A DNA stretch of 43,946 nucleotides from a virus, in IMG/VR virus record IMGVR_UViG_3300013102_000016, positions 1 to 43,946 of that record. One strand, given 5' to 3'. This document shows, in pieces, positions 7,499 through 15,750 of this stretch. The notes beneath the pieces were generated by a model. That model did no database searches. It saw nothing but the letters and a program-made list of their open reading frames with translations, and was not told the DNA's origin. Position 1 is the stretch's first letter, and each line of letters starts with the position of its first letter. The translations under genes were made by a program, and so were the position numbers.

Positions 7499-9063
7499 TG
7501 GATATCGATATCAGCAATCCGCCCGAAATAGATGTTCCACCGGTCGAGCTGTATTCGACAGTAATGCCTGATGAAGATGGTTTTGAGTTGTCGGCGTTTG
7601 ATATCGGCGTCATTGAAGTTGCGCCGGTAAAAGATATTCCAGTGCCGGAAGATATCCGCCCGCGCAGAGAATATAAGCCGCGAGTCAAAAAGGAAGTTGT
7701 TGATGATTCGGAGTTTGTTCCGGTTCTTTTGCAGCTCAGCGATCGCCTGGCCTCGACAACTGTCGGCAAGCTGGCAAAAGTTGTTCACGAAAAGATCGAA
7801 TTCCCGGAAGTTAGTTCGTTCTTCGCGTTGCTGGCATCTGCTAGTTGCTCGGTGTCTACGGCGTTTGCAACTCAGTATTCGACTGACTCCTGCGTTTCAT
7901 TGGGCATGTACACCATCATCGAGCAGCCGCCTGCCATGATGAAAAGCTACCTGCTTGATGTGGGTATGAAGCCTTATCGTCTTGGTGTAGCCGAGCACAA
8001 CAAGAAGGTTGGCGGAATCAATCGGGAACTGAAGGAAAAGGATATCCCGGTAGAGAACCACCTGAAGCGCACGTTCAGCGAGACATCTGACGGTACATCG
8101 GCATCTATCGATGGCTTCCTGTCTGGCTGCTCTGAAGGTCGATTCGTTGTATCCAGCGCCGAGCAGTCAGGTCTTCAATCGTTGTTCCCTGAATCTGGAT
8201 CGTTCTCCAGCACCAACGAGCTGATCCTCAAGGGCTACGCGAGCGAGTACGTCTCAGGCATGCGCGCAGGCCGGAAGGCTTTCACGGGCATGGTGCAGGG
8301 CTGCGTGCTCATCATTGCCCAGCCTGGCAGCAGCAAGCGCGTCCTGGCAGCATCTGGCGGATCGGGCATGGCTGAGCGATTCATCTATTTGGCCGAACCT
8401 GACCCGATTGGATTCCGCCGCAACGAAGGACACTTCCCCACTCGAAAGGAAAAGGAGGCTTTTGAGCGGGCGTGTGCTGAGTGCGTATCAATCTATTCGG
8501 ATAGCGTGCTAAAGCAATATGCAGCCGACGATGACAGTCGTGTGGTTATGGATCCTGAAAACCTGATTCGGATCCGCGCATCCGATGACGGTTATCGCAT
8601 TCTGCGCGAGGCAAAGAACTCGACAGAAAGCTATCTGTATGATCTGAAGATGGCTGGCGAGATGGTCATGATGGGCTGGCTGGCCAAGATCGAAACGCAC
8701 GTCATGAAGATCGCCGGCAATATCTATGTGATCGAGTGCCTATCAAACGACTGTAAGGTCTCAGAGGTGATCCCGACCTGGATCATTGAGGAGTCGATTG
8801 ATCTGGTGTTGGGGCTGGCTGACCACATCAAGGGGATACTGAACAATGCTGGCGAGTCTGGCGCTCAGGCAGAAGAAGAAACCATTATCGAGGTATTGAC
8901 CCGCTCCCCGATGGAGAAACGTGCGGCGGCGCTCCAGGCGAAGAACCGTAAACCATTTAAGTCGATGCCGTCCTCATTCAAGATGGCGAGCGCCCGTATC
9001 GACTCGATGCTGCTCAACGGCCAACTGATCTTAAACGCCGCAGGCAAGGTAGCCATTGCATGA
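7498..9063 (+). CDS. DUF3987-like protein (521 aa), candidate replication initiator or helicase-associated protein
   Basis: The start ATG at 7498 overlaps the upstream stop (TAATG). The segments ...LILKGYASEYVSGMRAGRKAFTG... and ...CVLIIAQPGSSKRVLAASGGSGMAERFIYLAEP... resemble the conserved core of DUF3987/YfjI-type proteins. This is recalled from memory, not searched. It is the largest early ORF and lies next to the repeat hub. Confidence 0.5.
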   Translation: MDIDISNPPEIDVPPVELYSTVMPDEDGFELSAFDIGVIEVAPVKDIPVPEDIRPRREYKPRVKKEVVDDSEFVPVLLQLSDRLASTTVGKLAKVVHEKIEFPEVSSFFALLASASCSVSTAFATQYSTDSCVSLGMYTIIEQPPAMMKSYLLDVGMKPYRLGVAEHNKKVGGINRELKEKDIPVENHLKRTFSETSDGTSASIDGFLSGCSEGRFVVSSAEQSGLQSLFPESGSFSSTNELILKGYASEYVSGMRAGRKAFTGMVQGCVLIIAQPGSSKRVLAASGGSGMAERFIYLAEPDPIGFRRNEGHFPTRKEKEAFERACAECVSIYSDSVLKQYAADDDSRVVMDPENLIRIRASDDGYRILREAKNSTESYLYDLKMAGEMVMMGWLAKIETHVMKIAGNIYVIECLSNDCKVSEVIPTWIIEESIDLVLGLADHIKGILNNAGESGAQAEEETIIEVLTRSPMEKRAAALQAKNRKPFKSMPSSFKMASARIDSMLLNGQLILNAAGKVAIA

Positions 9064-9404
9064 CATTCGAAGAAGCCATTCGCGCCCAGTACGGTATCCG
9101 GGTTCCGATTACCGCCGAAGATATGAAGTTGCGCAAGTTTCGGATCGATGAGCTGCGCAATGGTTTTTTGATGAAAATGCAGAAATGTGGTGTTTTTGGG
9201 TCATTTATCGATGGCGAGACCTTCATTTGGACTGAAAATGGGGTGACTTTTCATCCGCAGGAGCACAAAGAGAACAAAGAAATACGCCACGAATGGCTCA
9301 TCTGGGAAGGCGCCAGATCAGCATTGGAGCGTGGGGATAGATTGAGTCGGGTAGATAGTGAGCGATTGGCGCTTGCTGTGCAGCGGCTTGAAGCTTGGTT
9401 GTGA
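9060..9404 (+). CDS. Hypothetical protein (114 aa)
   Basis: ORF with an ATGA overlap to the upstream gene. No motif recognised. Confidence 0.6.
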   Translation: MTFEEAIRAQYGIRVPITAEDMKLRKFRIDELRNGFLMKMQKCGVFGSFIDGETFIWTENGVTFHPQEHKENKEIRHEWLIWEGARSALERGDRLSRVDSERLALAVQRLEAWL

Positions 9405-9417
9405 CAGGAGAGAGATA

Positions 9418-9702
9418 ATGAGTATCGACAAGATGCGGGAAGAATTTGAGGAAAGAAACGGCCATCGCGCATGGTTCGTTGCTGGCGGCAGGAAAGATAC
9501 TGGACCTGAAGGTTACGTTTACGACGACTTCACAACAGATATGTGCTGGACATGCTGGGTTGACTCCCGCGAATCGCTGGTGATTGAGTTGCCAGAACGC
9601 GACGCTCACGAACTCAGCGTAAACGCAATGTTCGGTTACGGCCTCGCAAGAAAGGATGCGACGCGAGCCATCGAGGCCGCCGGCCTGAAGGTGAAGCCAT
9701 GA
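9418..9702 (+). CDS. Hypothetical protein (94 aa)
   Basis: Track ORF is 9358..9702. The preferred ATG is 9418 (MSIDKMREEFEE...), preceded by GACAGGAGAG at 9403-9412. Confidence 0.6.
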   Translation: MSIDKMREEFEERNGHRAWFVAGGRKDTGPEGYVYDDFTTDMCWTCWVDSRESLVIELPERDAHELSVNAMFGYGLARKDATRAIEAAGLKVKP

Positions 9703-9896
9703 GCAAAATTACAAGCATCCGTTACAGCTCATCGACTGAGCGCAAGAAGCCGCAGGCAGGGGATCGACGCTTTCTCAAAGGCCGGCAGGTGTGGCAGGTT
9801 CGGGAACCGCTCCGCGTACCTGAAGGCATGCCATACGCTGGTGCGTACATCATCAGCAATGGGCGCCAGCTCTACAAATGGGTTGACGAGGTTTAG
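9699..9896 (+). CDS. Hypothetical protein (65 aa)
   Basis: ORF with an ATGA overlap to the upstream gene. Confidence 0.55.
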   Translation: MSKITSIRYSSSTERKKPQAGDRRFLKGRQVWQVREPLRVPEGMPYAGAYIISNGRQLYKWVDEV

Positions 9897-9898
9897 CT

Positions 9899-10234
9899 AT
9901 GCTCATCTTCGATCTCGAATTTACAGATGGAAAACGCTGTCGCTACCTATGCCCAGACCCATACGCAACAGTGGAATCCGAGCGCGCAGACCTGGAGGCG
10001 ATGTTCTGCGGTCGACTTGCATCAATGGTCAGAATCATCGCGCCACCGCCTGAGAAGCTGCCATGGGAGGTTGCCGGGTACGGAGAATGGCGACTTGGGT
10101 TGTTCAAACTAAAAAGATCTGGCCTGGGTAGCGAGAAGGAATTTAAGTTGGAATGGCCTGGCGGATCCATATCCAGCAATAACAAAGACGAAATTTCCGC
10201 CGCCGTTCGCCTGAATTGGCATCTTGGTTGTTGA
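9899..10234 (+). CDS. Hypothetical protein (111 aa)
   Basis: The ORF starts 2 nt after the previous stop. Its own stop TGA lies inside the TTGACA of the next promoter. Confidence 0.6.
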   Translation: MLIFDLEFTDGKRCRYLCPDPYATVESERADLEAMFCGRLASMVRIIAPPPEKLPWEVAGYGEWRLGLFKLKRSGLGSEKEFKLEWPGGSISSNNKDEISAAVRLNWHLGC

Positions 10235-10259
10235 CATAGTTATTATGCAGGTCTAGCAT
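10231..10259 (+). promoter_or_regulatory. Sigma70-type promoter, TTGACATAGTTATTAT family
   Basis: TTGACA-tagttattatgcaggtc(17)-TAGCAT. The conserved leader GACAGGAGCAA (10284-10294) precedes the ATG at 10299. Confidence 0.65.
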
Positions 10260-10298
10260 CTACCACGTAGAAACAAATTCCCCGACAGGAGCAAAGCA

Positions 10299-10547
10299 AT
10301 GAACACTCAAGCATTCGATGACGGCAGACGTGTTGATCGCCGCCAGCAATCCAAGGAGTTGGTCGCACCGCAACTGACCATTGCGCAATCCATCCGCCGC
10401 TCCAGCAATCCGCACCACGCAGCGCTCACTTCGTTTACTCGACGTGATTGCCCTCACGGCCAGAACAAGCATATTTATTACTTCGAAGACGGCAGCTTTC
10501 TCACCTTCGAAGTCAGCTATATGGCTGTGGAAGATGGTGGCCGTTGA
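10299..10547 (+). CDS. Hypothetical protein (82 aa)
   Basis: ORF directly behind the promoter and conserved leader. Confidence 0.65.
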   Translation: MNTQAFDDGRRVDRRQQSKELVAPQLTIAQSIRRSSNPHHAALTSFTRRDCPHGQNKHIYYFEDGSFLTFEVSYMAVEDGGR

Positions 10548-10615
10548 TGCGCAGCAATCTGGATTTGATTCTTATCTTGGCCTGCATCGTCGCTATTGCG
10601 TTGCTGGGGGTTTGA
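10547..10615 (+). CDS. Possible 22-aa hydrophobic micro-ORF
   Basis: TGATG coupling at 10545-10549. Translation MRSNLDLILILACIVAIALLGV. The next ATG follows the stop immediately. Confidence 0.3.
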   Translation: MRSNLDLILILACIVAIALLGV

Positions 10616-10795
10616 ATGAAGCCACACAACGCGATTTACATCGGTGGCCCGCCACTGGATCCGCCTGATGAAGACCAAGTCATTCGGTGTACAAAATGCT
10701 GGAGACATTCAGTCAAAAGCGAATGGGTACACAACCACTGGCACTGCCCAGGCTGTCACGAAGAAGACGCGGCCGGGATTACTGAAGAGGATTGA
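10616..10795 (+). CDS. Zinc-ribbon mini-protein (59 aa)
   Basis: Just below the track cutoff. Translation MKPHNAIYIGGPPLDPPDEDQVIRCTKCWRHSVKSEWVHNHWHCPGCHEED..., with paired CxxC motifs. Confidence 0.5.
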   Translation: MKPHNAIYIGGPPLDPPDEDQVIRCTKCWRHSVKSEWVHNHWHCPGCHEEDAAGITEED

Positions 10796-10798
10796 GTG

Positions 10799-11233
10799 AT
10801 GGAAGCAATTCAACAAAAGATTACGTTCGTCAACAACGCGCCGGCCAAGTGCGGCTGCACAATGGAATTCAGTTCCGGTGGCGGACACTACTCGGACGTT
10901 CTTTACGTCACTCCATGCGATGCTCACAGCGGCAGCAAGCCGTTCGGGCCGGTAGAAGTGAAGCGCGATGCGGACGGCTGGTGGTATCACCCCAACATCC
11001 CGAGCTTCGGTGAAGGCGAAGACCCGGCCCCCTACATTGCCTGGGTCAAGGAACAGGGTCTGGAACTGAAAGGCTGGCACTCTGGCGACGAACTCGAGGA
11101 TCTTCCTGAAGAGGATGCTGCGTGCACCGCTTGGAATCCCGAATCGCCAGGCCCTGAGTGGTTCTTGATGGGAATCTTCGATACGGATGACGGCCCCTAT
11201 GTGCAGTGGGCACGCCGCGAGGTGACGCCATGA
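10799..11233 (+). CDS. Hypothetical protein (144 aa)
   Basis: Track ORF starts at GTG 10796; an ATG follows at 10799. The protein is acidic and Trp-rich, with no motif recognised. Confidence 0.6.
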   Translation: MEAIQQKITFVNNAPAKCGCTMEFSSGGGHYSDVLYVTPCDAHSGSKPFGPVEVKRDADGWWYHPNIPSFGEGEDPAPYIAWVKEQGLELKGWHSGDELEDLPEEDAACTAWNPESPGPEWFLMGIFDTDDGPYVQWARREVTP

Positions 11234-11376
11234 TCCTGGCCGTCCTCTCCGCCGCCCTAACCTGGCTGGCAATCATCACCATCGCCGTGATCGGCATCAG
11301 ACTTTACGGCGCACACCTGGCCAAGCTTCGCGATCAGCGGGCGAAGGACGGGGTTAACTGGAGTATTGAGGTATGA
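11230..11376 (+). CDS. Small single-pass membrane protein (48 aa)
   Basis: ATGA overlaps at both ends. Translation MILAVLSAALTWLAIITIAVIGIRLYGAHLAKLRDQRAKDGVNWSIEV. Confidence 0.45.
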   Translation: MILAVLSAALTWLAIITIAVIGIRLYGAHLAKLRDQRAKDGVNWSIEV

Positions 11377-11606
11377 ATGACGAATGCGCCCACAGCTACG
11401 CAAACAAAATCGGCTGTCCAGAATGTGGTGAACTGATGCGGAAACCCTGCGCCTGTCCTGGATGCGAAAAACCACGGAAAAGCGTGACTATCTTTTGCTC
11501 AGCTCACCAGCATTCGGACAGTCGCCTGCGCTTCATCGCAAAGACGCCAAGCCCAACCAATGAGCAGCTTGCCTACATGATGCAGCTTGACGGGGAGCAG
11601 CAATGA
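11373..11606 (+). CDS. Cys-rich (zinc-finger-like) protein (77 aa)
   Basis: Translation MNDECAHSYANKIGCPECGELMRKPCACPGCEKPRK... Confidence 0.6.
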   Translation: MNDECAHSYANKIGCPECGELMRKPCACPGCEKPRKSVTIFCSAHQHSDSRLRFIAKTPSPTNEQLAYMMQLDGEQQ

Positions 11607-11680
11607 CCACCTACGCTCCCTACCTTATCGCCCTGGCCTGCCACGGCCTTCCGCAATTTATTCAATGGTGCATGTCATGA
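11603..11680 (+). CDS. Possible 25-aa micro-ORF
   Basis: ATGA-coupled at both ends. Translation MTTYAPYLIALACHGLPQFIQWCMS. Confidence 0.25.
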   Translation: MTTYAPYLIALACHGLPQFIQWCMS

Positions 11681-12123
11681 GTGAAACAAAACTTACGCCA
11701 TTTGGCGCCAGTGCAAGTGGGCCTGTATCCGTGGGCGCCAGTGGAATCGGAGGTACTGGAGTTCCGTTTCTTTCGGCTTCGACCGAGCAGAGACTCATGA
11801 ATGTCGAGGGCCGCTTACGGGTGCTTGAGCAATCTCTCCAAGGCCAACGCCTGCGCGCCGATACGGCTGAGGCTGAGCTGGCCAAGGCTAACAAGTCAGC
11901 AGATACCTACTTAGCCGCTTGGGAAAAATGCGCGGAGTTTCGTGACGCATCGGAAGACAAGGTTAAAGCCGCCGAGCGGCGCATTGCGGAGCTGTCTGCC
12001 AATAACCAGCAGCTGAGCAAACTTCTAGGGCAGGCCTTGGCAGCTCTCAACCCGACCGCCCGGCTCGCAAAAGAAATCAAAGCCGCCCTCAACCCCAAAC
12101 CCGAGGCAGGAAGTCATGAGTAA
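11677..12123 (+). CDS. Coiled-coil protein (148 aa)
   Basis: Track ORF is 11587..12123. The preferred ATG is 11677 (MSETKLTPFG...). It has a long heptad-like region, LRVLEQSLQGQRLRADTAEAELAKANKS...AERRIAELSANNQQLSKLL. Confidence 0.6.
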   Translation: MSETKLTPFGASASGPVSVGASGIGGTGVPFLSASTEQRLMNVEGRLRVLEQSLQGQRLRADTAEAELAKANKSADTYLAAWEKCAEFRDASEDKVKAAERRIAELSANNQQLSKLLGQALAALNPTARLAKEIKAALNPKPEAGSHE

Positions 12124-12292
12124 TTTAGATGAGCGCATGACCATTCATGCCTGCTGGTCTTGCCACAAGGAATTTTCGCTAGGGGAGTTCCGAGATAACG
12201 ATGGTTACTGCCCAGCATGCAATGCTGAGCAAGATGACGGATCAGATGACGAACTCGGCGAACCTGATGGATACCAAGGGGAGAACTGGTGA
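12116..12292 (+). CDS. Zinc-ribbon mini-protein (58 aa)
   Basis: Below the track cutoff. Translation MSNLDERMTIHACWSCHKEFSLGEFRDNDGYCPACNAEQDD..., with an acidic tail. Confidence 0.5.
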   Translation: MSNLDERMTIHACWSCHKEFSLGEFRDNDGYCPACNAEQDDGSDDELGEPDGYQGENW

Positions 12293-12945
12293 TGACCAAT
12301 AACCCAACGATTGACGGCGTGTCGCGGGAGTTGCTGACGAACCTTCTCCACTGCGGGAATTCATCAAGCTTTATTCCACTGAGCATTACCAAGCAGTTGC
12401 GGGCCTTGATTACTGCCCCTGTCGTCGAGCGCCAGCCATCCAGAAGCGTAAAACGGTTTGACTTTGACACTGACGAAGCCTGTACTCGCGTTCGCTTCGG
12501 TGAGCAAACAGACGGTGCTTACGTCCTGTATGAAGAACTATCTAACCTGCAATCCACCATCACCCAGCTACAGGCGCGCATCGCTGAGTTGGAGAGTGCG
12601 AGGGGTGAGCCGGTTGGGTGGATAGACGAACCATACGCCGGATGGTTGAAAGATAAATCGTCGGGCTGGGTGACTGTTTGGGGCACAGACGGGACTGACA
12701 ATCCCTCTAGGCGAAAACCTTCGGTTGCGGTATTCACCGCCCCGCCAGCGCCGGTCGCGGTAGTTCCGAGCCTATGGGAAATTCGAGTTCCTGACGAACC
12801 ACAAAACCCGGAGTCACCAGCTGAATACCTCTACGCCCAAGGGGTCGCGAATCGGGATCTGTTGTTGTTACGTGAGGGCGCAACTGTAGTCGCTGAATAC
12901 GCCTGCCTCGCCGCCACCGCTGCGCTGAATGGGGTGCGGAAATGA
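12292..12945 (+). CDS. Hypothetical protein (217 aa)
   Basis: TGATG coupling at 12290-12294. Contains a short coiled segment, LSNLQSTITQLQARIAELESARG. Confidence 0.65.
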   Translation: MTNNPTIDGVSRELLTNLLHCGNSSSFIPLSITKQLRALITAPVVERQPSRSVKRFDFDTDEACTRVRFGEQTDGAYVLYEELSNLQSTITQLQARIAELESARGEPVGWIDEPYAGWLKDKSSGWVTVWGTDGTDNPSRRKPSVAVFTAPPAPVAVVPSLWEIRVPDEPQNPESPAEYLYAQGVANRDLLLLREGATVVAEYACLAATAALNGVRK

Positions 12946-13160
12946 GATCGAAATACGGCCAGGTGTGCGCCAAGCACCCAGAGCTTCACGGTCGCCGTTA
13001 TATACCGAGTAACGGTTGCATCAAATGTCACAATGAGTTGACCAAGGCGAACTATCACAAACGTAAGGAATTACTTGCCGAACTCATCGCCGCCGCAATT
13101 GAGGTTCGCGGATACAGTGGAAGACTTAATAGCGCTCTGGCGGAAATGGGTCATGAGTAG
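12942..13160 (+). CDS. Cys/His-rich protein (72 aa)
   Basis: CAKHPELHGRRYIPSNGCIKCHN is a zinc-ribbon-like module. It resembles the N-terminus of the HNH protein at 17030. Confidence 0.55.
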   Translation: MRSKYGQVCAKHPELHGRRYIPSNGCIKCHNELTKANYHKRKELLAELIAAAIEVRGYSGRLNSALAEMGHE

Positions 13161-13299
13161 GCCATCTATACCTTTAGCAGACCTGGCATTCGCTTATGAA
13201 TTGCGCTGCGCAGGAATGAAGTGGAAAGCCATAGAAAAACAAATATCTTGGGAGAGAACCGCTTTGATCAGGGGTATTTGTAGGCGCTTAAATCGATGA
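13153..13299 (+). CDS. Small HTH-like protein (48 aa)
   Basis: In frame with track ORF 13075..13299. The preferred ATG is 13153. Translation MSRPSIPLADLAFAYELRCAGMKWKAIEKQISWERTALIRGICRRLNR. Confidence 0.4.
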   Translation: MSRPSIPLADLAFAYELRCAGMKWKAIEKQISWERTALIRGICRRLNR

Positions 13300-13613
13300 T
13301 TGCTCCACAATCCGAACTCCGTTTCCATGTGCTGCGCCTTGGGTCGCGCAAGAATGCCGCCAAACTGTACGGCGTCAGCGAGTGGAGTTACTACCGTGAT
13401 CTGCCATCTGACCACGTCGATCACTACCGGCGCGGCCAGATGGTGATTATTGGCGGCGTGTTGGCCAAGAAATGCAAGGTTTGCGAAACGGCAAGAGAGC
13501 TTCAGTACTTTATGGATCACTCGCAATCAAAGTCTGGATGCCGAGAGACTTGCGAGTTTTGCAGGATAAAGCAGTCTGAAGCGGCATATCTTAATCCAAT
13601 CAAATCCCCTTAA
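13296..13613 (+). CDS. HTH plus zinc-ribbon protein (105 aa)
   Basis: ATGA overlap. N-terminal RKNAAKLYGVSEWSYYR is HTH-like. C-terminal KKCKVCETARELQYF...CRETCEFC is zinc-ribbon-like. Confidence 0.55.
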   Translation: MIAPQSELRFHVLRLGSRKNAAKLYGVSEWSYYRDLPSDHVDHYRRGQMVIIGGVLAKKCKVCETARELQYFMDHSQSKSGCRETCEFCRIKQSEAAYLNPIKSP

Positions 13614-13623
13614 TTGGGGATTT
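13602..13623 (+). terminator. Hairpin at the end of the plus-strand block (weak terminator candidate)
   Basis: AAATCCCC-ttaatt-GGGGATTT followed by CTTCT. It overlaps the stop codon of 13296..13613. Confidence 0.35.
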
Positions 13624-13643
13624 CTTCTGCCTGAAATTTCAGC

Positions 13644-13670
13644 AATAAAAAACCCATCCGAAGATGGGTT
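13644..13670 (-). terminator. Rho-independent terminator for the leftward HTH-primase unit
   Basis: The minus strand reads AACCCATC-TTCG-GATGGGTTTTTTATT: an 8-bp stem, a tetraloop and a T-run, about 45 nt after the primase stop. Confidence 0.8.
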
Positions 13671-13712
13671 GCCTGGCGGGGCTTTGACAGGAGCTTGCCG
13701 AGGATCTTCAGA

Positions 13713-14603
13713 CTAAGCGCAACACTGGCGCCTGTCAAACTTTTCGTATGGATCGAGCGGCAGGGCGATGATTGCACGGCCTTCATCGGCATGGTGATCG
13801 GCCTCGGATGGATCGCAGCCAATGTGCGTGAATCGTTCTTTGCAGCTGGCAAGCATCCAGTTGAAGTTGTCGAATTCCATGGCGCACAGGACTCTGGACT
13901 TGCCCATCTGCGACCACCAGATGCGCCAGGCGTGCGCGTAGTCGATGCAGATAATTGTTTTGCCGTCGTGTTCGCCTTCCGGTTCAAGGATGGCGGTCGA
14001 GCCGAACGAGGGGTTGCCGGCTGCGTAGGTGATTGGCGCCAATTGCTTGCCGATAGGGTTGATCGCGGCGACGTTAGTCGTCTCGCCGATATTGTTGATC
14101 AGCGGCACGATCAGCGAGCCTTTCAGGTTGAGGCACTGGACATTGGAAGCGGTGTTGTTTTGCATTAGGTATTTGTGCTGTTCGGTTGGTTGGCAGGTCG
14201 AGAGGATGGTCGCGGACTTTTCGCGGTCTTCTGCATGGCCAGGGAGAGAGCATTGAACGGCCCTGATGACTGTTTTGCGGGAAGTTACAGCTGATCGCTC
14301 AAGCTTAACTTCGCCAAGAATAGACTTGATGGCTTCTCGCATGCCGATGCCGCCGTTGATGGCGCGCACGAAGCCGATGGCATCATTGCCAAACCTCTTC
14401 CCTGCTCCGCAGCCATAGCACCAGAAGAAACCTTTAGACTCGCTGACAGTAAAGCTTGGCGAATTTTCATCATGGAATGGGCAGCATGCCTTCCAATCCT
14501 TGCCGGATTTTTTCAGGTCTGGCACGTATCCGCGAATTACATCCACGATATCTCTGTTGGCATCGTCGATTACATCTTGAGGAACTCGCTCTTCGCCGCT
14601 CAC
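13713..14603 (-). CDS. DNA primase (DnaG-type CHC2 zinc finger plus Toprim-like region)
   Basis: Track ORF is 13713..14702. KACCPFHDENSPSFTVSESKGFFWCYGCGAGK is the CHC2 primase zinc finger. The start is uncertain. GTG 14603 overlaps the upstream stop (GTGA). ATG 14702 would overlap the upstream gene by ~100 nt. Confidence 0.8.
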   Translation of the reverse strand: MSGEERVPQDVIDDANRDIVDVIRGYVPDLKKSGKDWKACCPFHDENSPSFTVSESKGFFWCYGCGAGKRFGNDAIGFVRAINGGIGMREAIKSILGEVKLERSAVTSRKTVIRAVQCSLPGHAEDREKSATILSTCQPTEQHKYLMQNNTASNVQCLNLKGSLIVPLINNIGETTNVAAINPIGKQLAPITYAAGNPSFGSTAILEPEGEHDGKTIICIDYAHAWRIWWSQMGKSRVLCAMEFDNFNWMLASCKERFTHIGCDPSEADHHADEGRAIIALPLDPYEKFDRRQCCA

Positions 14604-15058
14604 TTCTGCAACCCCAAAAACGTAGGCAGCTTGATCGCCGGAATGCGTCCGCGAGTTTTCCAGGTGTGGTAGTCGCCGACAGTGACGCATGCGGCCGAGC
14701 ACAATTCTTTCACACTGCCGTATTGCTGAGCCAGCTTCACCAGAAGCTTGGCATCAGGGGTTCGCGCCACTGCTGGCTTGCCAAGCACTGGGCCTTGTTG
14801 CTTGGTATCCCAGTCGGTGATATCCAGATCGGGGCGGAACTCCAGGCGACTGCGGCCAGTCACCTCTTCCATCCTGAGCGCGCCCAGCTTGGACATGCGG
14901 GCGTTGTAAATCCACTGGCGCACATGCTGCTCATCAAAACCCAGCTTTTCAGCCAGTTTGATTGGCGTCTCATATTCATCGACCAGCTTCAGAAGTGCGG
15001 CACCTCTTGGCGTCGCATTGAGGCGATCCCGAGTCTTCTGCATTACCTTTAGGGTCAT
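14600..15058 (-). CDS. Tandem HTH DNA-binding regulator (Cro/YdaS-like, 152 aa)
   Basis: There are two HTH-like halves: TPIKLAEKLGFDEQHVRQWIYNARMS and SVKELCSAACVTVGDYHTWKTRGRIP. It is the first gene of the leftward unit behind the divergent promoter region. Confidence 0.6.
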   Translation of the reverse strand: MTLKVMQKTRDRLNATPRGAALLKLVDEYETPIKLAEKLGFDEQHVRQWIYNARMSKLGALRMEEVTGRSRLEFRPDLDITDWDTKQQGPVLGKPAVARTPDAKLLVKLAQQYGSVKELCSAACVTVGDYHTWKTRGRIPAIKLPTFLGLQK

Positions 15059-15070
15059 ATCAATTACCGT

Positions 15071-15124
15071 TTGACATAGTGATTATGTTTCGCGGATGAT
15101 AACGCTACGGGGTAATTATTGCAA
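15071..15124. promoter_or_regulatory. Overlapping divergent promoter pair
   Basis: Rightward: TTGACATAGTGATTAT (15071-15086) with GATGAT at 15095-15100. Leftward: TTGCAA (15124-15119), 17 bp, TATCAT (15101-15096). The two -10 hexamers occupy the same base pairs. Confidence 0.55.
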
Positions 15125-15137
15125 TGAGGATATAGAT

Positions 15138-15428
15138 ATGGAAGATCGGGAATTGTTGGAGTTGGCGGCGAAAGCAAGCGGTAACACCGTATTTAGCTCT
15201 GCCGGACTTGGCGTCAGAAGTGTTATGCATTGGAATCCGCTCGAGCGCGACGATGATGCTTTTCGGCTTGCTTGCAAGATGGGTATGTGCGTGGACGCCG
15301 GCGCAGGAATCATCATCTATGATGGCGACGTGGGCAACGAGATGGAATTCGAAAAGCCGTCAGAAATCGCCAATGTTCGCCGAGCCATCGTCCGGGCAGC
15401 CGCCGAAATCGGCAAAGCAATGCCATGA
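15138..15428 (+). CDS. Hypothetical protein (96 aa)
   Basis: Track ORF is 15096..15428. The preferred ATG is 15138 (MEDRELLELAAKASG...), 8 nt after GAGGA. Confidence 0.6.
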   Translation: MEDRELLELAAKASGNTVFSSAGLGVRSVMHWNPLERDDDAFRLACKMGMCVDAGAGIIIYDGDVGNEMEFEKPSEIANVRRAIVRAAAEIGKAMP

Positions 15429-15694
15429 AAACCCACTCCCGCTGCCGCCACTGCGGATCCAGGCGCAAACTCGCCAAACATCCAATTGAACACCACGTTC
15501 AGCCCAAATGCCTATGCGGCGCCCGAGACTGGCGCAAGGACGAATATCGGCACCGAGTTGAGTTGCCGCAGATGCGCTTGAAACAAGGCCGGTATGCGGT
15601 CTGCCACTCCTGCTTTCACTACCCTCACCGCATCGGCTCCGAAGGCTGCATCTTCCACGCTGACGGCAGCTATCGCGATTTCTTCGCGTCTTGA
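15425..15694 (+). CDS. Cys/His-rich protein (89 aa)
   Basis: ATGA overlap. Translation MKTHSRCRHCGSRRKL...PKCLCGARDW...CHSCFHYPHR. Confidence 0.6.
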   Translation: MKTHSRCRHCGSRRKLAKHPIEHHVQPKCLCGARDWRKDEYRHRVELPQMRLKQGRYAVCHSCFHYPHRIGSEGCIFHADGSYRDFFAS

Positions 15695-15707
15695 TTGCTA
15701 TCGAAGC

Positions 15708-15737
15708 TTGATATAGTTATTATTTGTTTTCTACTGA
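15708..15737 (+). promoter_or_regulatory. Promoter, TTGATATAGTTATTAT variant (reads as extended -10 TGaTATAGT)
   Basis: cTTGATATAGTTATTAT at 15708-15723. The leader GACAGGAGCAA at 15736-15746 precedes the ATG at 15751. Confidence 0.5.
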
Positions 15738-15750
15738 CAGGAGCAACAAA

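Noticed and set aside
13686-14168. GACAGGAGC leader-like motif (13686-13694) followed by a TTG-initiated 157-aa plus-strand ORF.
   Set aside because: The TTG follows the GGAG with essentially no spacing. The ORF is wholly antisense to the primase gene, which carries a clear CHC2 zinc-finger motif, and no promoter motif precedes it. The leader-like match is probably fortuitous or a remnant.
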